Positions 23,001-35,000 of a stretch of 64,000 nucleotides of DNA are shown piece by piece. Under the pieces are notes generated by a model. That model was not told where the DNA came from. It saw only the letters and a program-made list of their open reading frames with translations, and did not search any database. The position numbers were made by a program, and so were the translations under genes. Origin of the DNA: Bugula neritina (Eukaryota; Animalia; Bryozoa); contig OZ037766.1 of NCBI GenBank assembly GCA_964035545.1, forward strand, positions 13,568,722 through 13,632,721, given 5' to 3'. Each line of letters starts with the position of its first letter. The first letter of the stretch is position 1.

Positions 23001-26000
23001 AGTTTAAAATTAAACACACGAAAGTTGTTGTAGTCAATTTATTTTTTTTATAATCTTTGCTGATATTATTAATAACAAGCAGCTGCAGGAAATTCAAATG
23101 TAAGAATTAGATGGGTTGTTGTTTAAGCAAGGTACTTTTTTTAGCTTATATATTGTAACATGTATCTAGGTTAAAGAAGTTGTTAAATTTGAATATAATT
23201 ATGTTCGTCGACATATAGATAATAGTTTTTAGCCTTTCTCAGTAATTTTTAGCCAATATCAATATGGGCATATAAGTGCTTAAGACTTAAGTTAGCTGGT
23301 TCAAAAGTATTAGTTTGAATCAGTTTCTAAAAAGAAAATAACTACAGAAGTTACCAAACATGCTATCATTATTTCAGACCAGGTATAGAAAAGGATTTTG
23401 AGCTTTTACCAACTCCCATAGGGTCTCTCGGTGATTTAACTGGAGATTTGTCCAATGAAGTCTCCGTCCAATCAGACTCAGCAAATTTAGAGCTTCACTC
23501 TTCACAACCTCTCACTTCAGCTCCCTTAACTCATTCTCTGCCCCCAGAAAGTCTAGCTACAGATCTCTCCACAACTCCTGCTAACCCTAGTCCATCTTTA
23601 AACCATATACCTTCTCATCCTAACACCACTTCTACCACTAATCTTACATCAGCCAAACCCGACCCTAAACAGCAGCGAAAAGTGTCTTTCATGGACCAGA
23701 ATAACGCAGAGCCTGTGGTAATGTCATCCGGTGGTCTTGCTCCAATTGTCAACCAGGAAAATCTTCCTCCAGAGCTCACTCAACCAGTTCAGGAAGTGTT
23801 GCAGCCTCTTCCCCCAAGCGTTGATCTCCCTGGAAGCATGTAAATAAACTCCTGATTGATGCAAGCACCCTTTCATTATCTTTCTGTCTCACTCTAGAGT
23901 CCTTATACATTTGCTTTCATTTGTTTCTGTTACTGTTTCGCAAGTGATTCTTCTTGCATTGTTTCTTGTATATATGTCACTTTCATTGCTGTTTGGTTGG
24001 ATATTGGTTTAAATCTGTTTCAATGTTTTTATACACTGTCAAATGCTCTAAACTCTACAGCCTAAATAGTAGATAAATATATGAATTGCTGAATGTTATT
24101 GTACTCTAGCGACGAGGAAGACGAAACAGTAAGATCTTGCAAGAAGTAAGTGTGGTGTAAGCTAGTGTAGTTTAGCCCGCATCAACTCATCACCTCCCAT
24201 TGTATCCTCAGAGTGACTTATTAATAATTTTAGGTTTTGTTTTAAAATTGAACTGCTCAATACTGGAGCATAATACCCAATGTTTGCAACGGTGCAACAT
24301 ATTGCGTACATAATGTAGATGTAGTCAATTTAGTTTGGTAGTCTTGGTTTGTGATGTAGTGCCGTAGCATGCACAGTTGCATTGAGTTGCACAGCATATA
24401 ATATATGTACACTTTTTAAAAACGAACATAAATAATGTACAACATAGAACCTACTATGCTGAACAGAGTAGCCATTTACAATACATGCCAGTTGTTGTAT
24501 TTTCATGTCTTTGCTAACTGTCACTTTATATCTATGCTATTACAACATTTTTGTTACTAAAATGTTTGTTGTAATCACAGCTATTATAAAATGATGATAA
24601 AGTTATTTCATCTCCGCACTCCCTCTTTCTGCTAATACGATGTCACTTTATAGTCTCACTTGGTTCACCTTACCCATCCTCAGTTACTTGCATTTACAAG
24701 TGCCTGGCAAATCTAAATGTATTAAATTTTATATTTAAACTATAATTGTTGTCATATAATACAGAAAATTAGAGGTCAAGTTTTTAACAAGCTGTTACAC
24801 AAATTAGTTGCTTTTAATTAAATATCATTTGGTTAATATTCAAGTTGGATTGGGTGAATTCATTTTTAATCGATTAACCTATTTTGCTTAGAGAGGCGAA
24901 GCTTACTAAGGAGAAGTCAATTGCAAAGTCCAAGAACTCTAGACTTGCCCCGGACCCTAAGCCGGCACCCCCACCAGCAGATCCTGTCAGCGCTATCAAT
25001 GTGATTATTCTGTTTGACGTTGCTGATGACGTGTGCCTGAAGAGATCTGCCGGTCGATATGGTGAGAGTTTATAAGGATATGAGTAGCTTCTTACATGCT
25101 CTTTGGTGCTGCTTATTGCATTTTATTGTTATCTATAGTTAGGTAACAGTTTTTATTCCTTCATGAGGTTTAAAAACTATTTTCTTAATTTCTTTGAAAG
25201 ATTTTGCTGCGTTTAATTGTTCTGTATTGCATAGTTGAACAGTGTGGAGTTGTACAATTAGTCTTTTTAAAGATTAATTACTATTGTTTATGTAGAAATT
25301 AATTAGTGAAGAATTTACTGTGTAATATTTTGCTATGTATAGCTGCTGTAGACGTCGATGCCGTTTTAATCATCTGCCTTATTCTATTTCTGCTAATTTC
25401 TAGTCTGACGTAATTTTCAGGAAATGAACTTCAAAATTTATGGATTTTACTGAACTAGGAAACACTGGCATGGGTTGCAATGTGTATTGTGCACTATTTT
25501 TACATCATATTTTATCACTTTGATATTAAACCATTTAGAGGCTCAATTATCTCAAAAGCAATACCATCAAGAGTTCAATCCTCCACCAGAGGGCAGTATA
25601 ACTGGTGTACAGAGTCAAGAGCAAATAACTACTGTTAGTGATGCAGCATATGATGAACAACAGGTACCCTGTATATTGATAGTATCTGTTTAATAATATC
25701 CTGTTATATTTAGTTTAATGATTTTGTGTGAGGAAAGTGGAGTAGGAAAAACTATTCAGTTTGTAGTACTTGAAAAGAAGTACTTACTATAATGGCTGGC
25801 TGTTTTAGGTACAAACTAGAATCACTGGATTCTTAGACCACTGGCCCAAGATAGAGAAATGGTTTACCAAGTTTGGTATCATAAGAAAAGTTGATGCTTC
25901 TCTTGAACAAACTTCTCTCTACCTGGAAACAGAGAATATTATAGAAGATACTTTGGATCGTGTAAGTGTTTCGAACATTACGTTGAAATAGTGTAAGTGT

Positions 26001-29000
26001 TGTGGACATTATGTTTAAATAGTGTAAGTGTTTCGGACATTATGTTTAAATAGTGTAAGTGTTTCGAGCATTATGTTTAAATATAGTTACGAATATAAAT
26101 GTTAATAAATATGTTAAGAACTTTTATCAAAAGTGGTTGTCCTTACCTTTTAAGGTAAAGACTCCGTAGATTTTTCTCATCAATCTTTATGGATTACAAT
26201 TAGTAAAACCAGTGATAGTTTAAACAGGAAGCTGAGGCACCTGTCCATAAAGCATATAAAGTTTATTTAGAACTGAGATCCCATTGCTCGACATTCTATG
26301 GATGTTTTGTTTTTCTCTTATTCTATTTACTTTTTTCTTAATGAGAAAAGGTCAATTTTAATGCCTCAATGTGTACCATTTCTGTCTCATTTTAGTTGCT
26401 TCAAAGAGGAAAGTATGAGCCTGTGCCAGAACCAGAGCCAGTTCCCGAGCCAGAGCCTGAACCTGAGCCTCCTCGGGAGCCTACACCACCACCCCCTCCT
26501 CCACCAGTGGAAGAGGAACCTAGAGCCAGTTCCAGGTCATCTAAGAAAGGTATAACTATGTTATTCTCTCACTTAGTATAAACTTTCATTATATAAATGG
26601 TGTGTTAGGAATTTTGATTGGCTATTAGAATTCTTGCTGAATACTGCAAATTTTATTTTCATGATTTTTAAAACAGGAAATTGAAATTGTCTGAATATTA
26701 TTTGCTTTTAATGATTGGCTTAAATTTTGTTTAGTTACATAATGATGCATTTCTAAATACAGGCAAAAAGAAAGGAAAAGGTAAACAGTTATCTGTTTAT
26801 GTAAGAAATAGCCTGTGCTCTATAGTTAGTATTCTGTATAGCTTTTGCTTTATATCTAGTAGCCTATGTTCTAAAACTAGTAGCGTCTAGGTCTAGTAAT
26901 GTATGTTCTAGGTCTAGTAGTGTATATTCTAGGTCTAGTAGTCTATGTTCTAGGTCTAGAAGCCTATGTTCTAGGTCTAGCAGTTTGTATTCTATGAATA
27001 GTAGTATCTGCTATGAGACTGGTAGTCATTGCTCTAGATCTAGTGCCTGTGCTTTAAGTCTAGGAGTTTTAGTTTTCTGACTCAATTTATATGTCCTTAG
27101 AAATAAGCTAAACAGCTCATAGTCTCCTTACATTTAAACAAGTTGATTGAACAGAGTAAATAATTATATTAGAATATAAAACACTTAGTCAGTAACTGCA
27201 ATTGGTGACAATGTTATGTATTTGCCCATACTAGTAGCATAGCCTCTGTAGACCATTTACTTGCACTAAGTTGTAAGAAAACTATGTTTGTCAAAAAATT
27301 CCTACCACTGCTTTATTTTTTGTTTATATGGAAAATTATTCTATGTTTTTGGGTATTTCTCTATACTTTTATTTTTGTTTTAATTTTGGTTTGCATAAAA
27401 CATGTTGCATATATACTTTAACAGTTGCGATTATTATTTTGTACTGTTTTTTTGTGCTGCAATTATGCATCCTTTAATTTTGTGTTAAAGTAACTAATTA
27501 ATTGACAATTTTGTGGCTTCAATTTTTTTCTCTGCAAATCTCCAGCTATATCCACTGCTTTGGATATTATTATATATAAATGATTAGCTAAAATTAAAGT
27601 ACTAAATGTTGTGTTTGTAACATGCATTTAAAGGATTGATATAATGTATAAATTTGCAAAAACAAGTTTCTTTAGTACATGGGAACTTTTTAGTCTGCAG
27701 CATACATTGTAGGTCTGTCAGTATTAAATGTTTTTTATTTAAATGTACACTTTGAGAGGTGAAACGTTTTCTTTGATTTATATCAACTAATATAAAAATA
27801 TTTGAATTAACATGTGGCGATGTAATGTATACATGCGATACACATACGCAGGTTCGGGTAAAGGCAGTAAAGATAAATCACCTTCTAAAAGCTCCAGTAG
27901 TAAAAAACGGGGAGAAAGTGAGTCGCCCAAGCGTTCTAGCAGCAGTAAGGGCTCAGCTAAGAAAGGTGGTAAAGGTTCGTGAGACAGACTGGCATCAGTC
28001 GTTTTTTCTGTTACATTCCTATTCATTACTCATTACTCTTTGTTACAGAGGCTGATGTAATAGGTAAAATTTTCTCTAATACGGCATGTTTTTGTCAATA
28101 CACTAACGTGGAGTTAAAATCAACAACTATTAGTCAGCTAGTAAATATGTGTATTATTTGTTTCCACTGGCGATTTTATTTTTTTAAATACACTTGCACC
28201 GAGAAGTTAGATGCCAACTAGTAAAATCAAATTCTCTATTGGTTTCTAGTCAACAAAAATGTGATTCGTTTATTTTTAGTAAATCCCTATAATTTTTCAC
28301 CACTGCTCTATTTGCTGTTTTAATATATTAGTTTTGCACCTCTGACTTGCAGTTTCTACAGCAGAACAAATTCATGTAATTTTATTGTAATTTGCATCAT
28401 TGGTTTACAACAACCTGTCAGCACACAAACGATGCATGTATGTGCATTTGAATGACGCTACCTAATTTTTTTCCAGTACAAGTTGTTGATTATAAATTAT
28501 GTGAATGAATATGTATATCTTGATCTTTCAAGGCAATTTAAAGATCTTTCAAGGATTTATAAGCAATATTTGTATACTAATTTAGATGGTGGCAAAAGAA
28601 AAAGTATGGCATACTAGCTTTGTTATTCAGTTTGTTTTTCTTAACAAAAAAATAATTTTTTTTACCATGTTATAGCTAGCAATGTTTGATTTTCAAACAG
28701 TTATGTTCCACTTTACTTTGTTGGTTGTTGGGTTTCTTTTGGAATGCTATTTTTGTTGTGCAAACTGATACAAATTTGAAAGTTTCTGCTGAATGCATTC
28801 CCCATTGATACAATCTGGTCTAAATTCTTATTAAAAGCTTAATTATCTGTCTCATGAACTATATTCAATTATTACCAAGATCAATCATGCGGCAAAGTTG
28901 TAAATAATTATCTTTTTAGAATATGAAAATAGAAATCATATTCTAAATAACATTGCAAATGTTGAAACTCAAAACTTAAACTAACTGACACTTGATTACT

Positions 29001-32000
29001 GATTTCAGATTCTTTTGTTGATGATTTTAGAATCTGGTAAGAAAGGCAGAAAATCAAAGACGCCTGAGCCGGAACCCGAGCCTGAGGTTCCAGTAGAACC
29101 TGTGGGCACCCCACCACCCGCCCCTGGCTCTGAGATGTATGAGTATGTAGACCAGCCAATTGAACTGGTAAGTTTAAGTGAGTTCTATATAGGATAACTT
29201 TGTATCAGTGGAAAAAACTTTCTCACTGTATTAAGTGGCAAACTGGTATAACAGTTGTTTGCAAATGAATTAATAAGTTTAATTGGTTAAGTATAAGGTG
29301 AGGCAGCCTGGGATAACATGTGAAGTGAGTTTTTCATGTGTGCTCTTTAATATCTGTGTTGGTTTTTAATTCTTACTACTGGGTAAGTAAATGTTGTGAG
29401 GTTTTTAACCCAACAGTAGCATTCATTTACCATGTCTAGCTCTGTTGAATATGTATATAAATACTGTTTGTTGCCATGGTTACAGCCTCTAGCCCAGTGC
29501 CTGGCTCCACATTGGGAGGCTATAGAGAATACATACATAGACTTGTCTAAACACACCTTCCATGATATCAGATGTGAGAGAGAGAAGATTATTCGATACT
29601 TTTATAACATGCGAAAAGATTTTTTGAAATACTTGAAGAGGCCAGACTCCAAACAAGACTTTGTTGATCAGTGGCTGGCGGTTTGTTGATATATATAAAT
29701 AAGCTATTTATTGTTTTAATATATTGCAGATCGATGAAACACTAAAAGTCAGCATGCGCTGCCAATATTACATAATATATAGTACGAGTAGAGTTTGTGT
29801 TTTCTCTGCTTAGGACTACAACCAAGTTGCAGACGACATGAGAAACGATGAAGAGACTATGAGCGAGTTGCATCAGAAAGTTGACGACTTGAGAGAGAGG
29901 TTGTGGAACATCTGTGATGAGCGGAAGTTGCAGGCGGAGTCCGAGAGACAGGATATTATGAATGACGGGTGGCTGGAGGACAGACTCGGCATCGTCTCAA
30001 ATCATTATATCACACAGATGCAGGTATAAGCTATGTCGCTAGTTTTGTGACTTTATGGCAATTTTAATTTTCAAATTGTTTTATATAACTTTTTGTTGAA
30101 AACATTATAAAACTGCATACACTTTCATGTACCCGCTAAAGACAGCGAACCAACGAATAAAATGCATATTTACAAACATGTAGGCATACTGTGTGTGTGG
30201 TCTTATGCAGGCGGAAGTTGATAGGTTCCAAGATACAGTCCAACTGCTGAAAGACTACTACCGAGGTATGGAGGGACACATCCCTGATGAGGCTAAATCT
30301 GATTACGCCAGATTGCCACTCATTGAGCTTCCTGTTGTGGATAAGTCAGCAGAAGCAAACAAGACATCCGACACGCCAGCTGGTAAATTTATCTGTAGGC
30401 CTTAAGTTGCCTTTATACCTTTAAGATTTTCGGTCAGAAATTCAATTTGGCCGGGTTGAAATTTCTCTGAGTTGCATTGCATTGTAAAAGCCACTGGTAG
30501 AAATTTTTATACTGTGATAACTTAATCGGCCGATTTCAGAATAATACTCAAAAGGAGTAATAACTCCTTGTAAATATCGTTATTTAGTTATGACTTTGGC
30601 AATTACATGACGTACTTATGTTAATAACTATATCGCCTACGCCTTCTCAATTATCGCCTTTATTCTGTCAACTTCACAAATTCACGACGTTTACAAAGGG
30701 CATCAAATAGCGATTAAGCGAGTCAAATTTCAATTTTAGAAAGTGAGCAACCGCATCAATATGATTTCAACGATTTTAAGTTTGCCTATAAAGGGGTACC
30801 TAGACAAGCATTATTAACTGAAACTCGGACCTTTTTTCAGCAGAGGTATAAACGCAACTTTAACCTATATGTGATAGTTGAGAGTACACATATATTTAAT
30901 ACTCACGCAAGTCACTATCCCTGTGAGAACCCCTGATAGAAAAGGTTTTTTAAATCGAGTTAAAGACTTATTCAATGGTGACAAAGGTGCAATTAATACT
31001 GGATGCTCTTCCTAACATCACCGCCGGTGTTGGGACTTGAACCACTTACCTTGTGTTTACTAGGTCAGCACTCTAACCACTACACAATGACTGCTGCCTG
31101 CACATCTATTTAATGAATATTATTGAAAGCTCCTATTATTATTCAAGTTTGTTTAACCTTGTTTCAGTTTTGGATAATTTGGAGTAATAATATGGAATTT
31201 AGTTAAATTGTGAATATATATATATATTTAGATTATAATTGCTGCAGACCATGTAAGTCTCTGTTTTATTATTAAAGACTTCACGTAATTTCAGATTCTG
31301 AGGTTAAGCAGCCAACTCCGACCCCTGATGTTGAGAAAACCCCGTCAAAACCCAAGAGTCCAAAGGGTGCTAGGTCTAGATCTGCCACTCCTAAAGGAGG
31401 TAGGAAAAGAGGGAAGAGTGCCAAGAAGGAGGAGGAGCCCCCGCCATCATCTCCACCTCCAGTCGCAACTCCTGGTCGCAGGTATGTGACTCGTTTCTTT
31501 CGGCAGCAGTAAATATCTAGAGTATAGTTATACAAGTATATGCTGTCATCTACCATCATGTAGAGAATGTTATATGCTCATAGATACTTTTACATTATTT
31601 TGTTGACTACTTCGTGTTATGTACTTTCAGCAATTGAATTGGACTTTTTAGTACTTTTTAAAATAAGTATTTAGCAATTTAGTATATAGTTTTTAAAAAC
31701 CATTATGTATGTTTAGCCCTAGTCCCGTCGAAAAGAGGGTAGAATGGGTTATGGTACCGAGGTAATATCTCCATGTATATTCGCACCACGTGTTCATGTA
31801 CATTAGAGTATTATTTTGACAACTTGTTTCCTTTTATTATTTGGGAACCATCACCTTTCTCGATTACTGAAATATAGTCAATCAGTGTTGTATCTCCACA
31901 ACACAATCATTATTCTGTTATGTAACGGTTATGCCTCACTGCCCTTTTTAGTTGTCACTCGCACTCTACCAAACTTTCTCTCTTATAGTTTCATCATCTA

Positions 32001-35000
32001 CAAGCTTATATATTATTTATTGCATTAATTTATTTCTTTTGATACAAAGAAGTTTGCTAATTTAGTGTCTGTTTGTATTAGAGCTTTGCCTGCAGTCTGC
32101 AATGAACTCTGTTACTATGAAGTATAATATATTTCACATTCTGTATAGAATTCCACTGATGCCGAGGAGGAAACCAGAGTCAGAAGCTGACACCCAAGTG
32201 CCATCTGCCACTCCTGCTAAAGGTGACCAGAAAAAGGACAAAGCAGCCAAAGGTTAGTAGCAGTGCCTGGAAATTATTTTGAGACATCCTCAAATACTAT
32301 TGTAAAATAAGTAGACTCAGTACGATATATTAGTTGCAATCGAATTGAAGGAGTTATCTGTCCATTTGCTCACACAAGTTTTTAGTAGTGATTAACCTAA
32401 TATTTTGCAGTCAACTTTTAAAAACCTACTCACTGATTGTAAGTGTAAGCAAGTTCTACAGTAAAATAATAGAATGAAGTCACACCTTGCAGTTCCATAC
32501 TCTACAGGACAAGATTATCTTGGTGTTGTAGATTATGAACCTAATTATTTATTGTAAATTTCTAATTTGAAAAATTATTGGTTTTGAGTGAAGAATACTT
32601 TCAGTTATCCCATTGTGAGGTTCATTCTCTTTTCATTTTAGAAATGTTTTTTCTCATATTTAAAATTAATAAAATCACAACATATGTAAATAATTTAAAA
32701 CCACAGACAAAATATTCCATGCTTTCTTTTTTACCTCTGTATCATATATTTTGTTCGGTCTCATATATGATATTCTGTCTCGTATATGATATTCTATATT
32801 ATATATTATATTTTGTTTTATATATTATATTCTGTTTCATATATTATATTTTCTCATATATTATATTTTTTCATATATTATATTTTGTACCATATATTAT
32901 ATTCTGTATCATATATTATATTCTGTATCATATATTATACTCTGTATCATATATATTCCATTCTGTATCATATATTATATTCTGTATCATATATTATATT
33001 TTCTCATATATTATATTTTGTATCATATATTATATTGTCTCGTATATTCTATTCTGTATCATATATTATACTCTGTTTCATATATTCTGCTGTACTTTAG
33101 CTGGAGGTAAAAAGAGTATAGCTGCAGTTCCTAGTGAAGAGAATTCAGAGAGTCCCACCCAGCTAGTTGTAAAAGATCCAGATGAGAAACTTATACTAGA
33201 CTCCTTTGACAATGGTATCAAAGCTTTGTTCAAAATTGTAAGTTTTTCTTTCTCCTCTTATTTGTATTTAATTCAACATTTCTTTTATTTAAACCAATTG
33301 AATTTACCTACAGCACTATTGCATGCATTTGCTATCAAGAAACGGTATTATATGCAGTCTTGACTCCAAATTTTAAGTGGCTTTTGCAGATTTTCGGAGG
33401 TTTATCTCGCTACGCACTCCTTAAGGGGGAACATCATGTGTCAATATCTTTGATATATATTTAAGATTCAGGTTTTGTTGAGGATTCTAGCATTTATTTC
33501 TGTTGTTTTTTAAATAAAATAAACTTAAAATCAGAAGCAGCTTGTAAGATTTTAGCATATTCTTCTGTCCTTTGAACCTATTAATTAGAATGTAATTGAA
33601 TGTGCTGATATATGCTGAATCTCTACTGTTTACAATACTTTGGTTTATACAGATGGGTGCTTCAACTTTTAAAAATATAACAAGGAAAGCTAAGATTAGC
33701 TTTAAGGAATGTATAGACCTACAGTGTGTAATATCAAGTAGCAAATAATACTTAGAGTAAAGTTTAAGTTGCAGGTTTCTACTAACAAGTCCCCTATGCT
33801 TTTGTATTATTACACTAGATAGAAAATAATTCTAAATGTTATAATTTTACCCGTTATGTTTTGTAAGCATTGTACTGTTAGCGGTTGAGGTGTGTTTATA
33901 TTTCCTGGAAAACAAGACAAGAATTCTGTGGAGTATCTTTCATAATGCAAGAAATTTTAGTGTAATTTTTCTTCTTAACGAAATTGACTTCTTGAATGAA
34001 AATGGTGAAAGTATAAACGCACCTTTAGTTTAGCTCCTATAATGTTGGGGTGTGAGGGCTTCTGTATATGAAATATTTGTAGTACAGTTCTACCCTGCTA
34101 AGGAACTGAGGCAATGCCTACACTTAGTATAATATAATATAATATGGTTATCCATCTAATGGGCATTAAAATTTGTTTTATAGAATTATGTGAAAGTCTG
34201 TGAATGCTAAAAAGTTGGTTTTCTGTGTATAAGTCTAGCAGTAGTCTATTGTACAGTAAGTAACACATGTCATGAGAAAGTGTATGTGTGTCATCTCACA
34301 GGTGGCTCAAGAGGAAGCCTTGAAGAAAGCCGCAGAGGAGGCTGAAATGGAAGCAGCGATTGCAGCAGCTGCTGAAAAAGACAAGGCTGCCAAAGCCGAA
34401 AAGAAACCAGCTGGTGGTAAGAAGGGCAAAAGTCGTAGCCCCAGTCCCAAAAAAGGTGGAAAGGGCAAAGACAAGGCACCAGCAGCGGCACCCGTAGTTG
34501 CACCTACACCACAGCCAAGTTTGTAGACTAGCTCATTGTATATGTTGTAAATATACGTTAGAACAGAATGGCATTTGTTTTTGGCAGTTTTTAACATTTA
34601 TCAAAATTTTTCTTCAATTCCACAATATATTAAGTCTGAAAATTGATAATATTTAAACTTGAAGTATTCATTGCAAATATTAAAGTTATAACACAAAGTC
34701 ACTGGAATAAGAAAACATTTTAGAGTGTGAATTTAAAAAACAAGATAGAAGCAGACCACTTCAGTCTTGTACAAATCGAATGCTCTGCATTTCTTACCAG
34801 TCAAGTGTAAGCAAGCAAGTAGACACTGTGCTTTGGCAGCTGAAAGCAAGATTATCTTTCAATCCTAATTACATTTTTATGACTTCAAATACTTAGCTGT
34901 TTGCTAAAATGACAGGTTTTTATACTCAAGTTGAGCTATTTGAATGATGTCACGTGAGCAGTCGGCAGCACTGTAACAAATGGTTGGCCATGTAGCATGG

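Noticed and set aside
31232-31252. 21-nt microexon candidate ending in GTAAGT
   Set aside because: Would leave a 42-nt downstream intron, and its peptide (DYNCCRP) does not fit the context
32578-33100. Hydrophobic I/Y/F-rich ORF resembling a membrane protein
   Set aside because: Minisatellite translation; only 33101-33237 is a real SPEF2 exon
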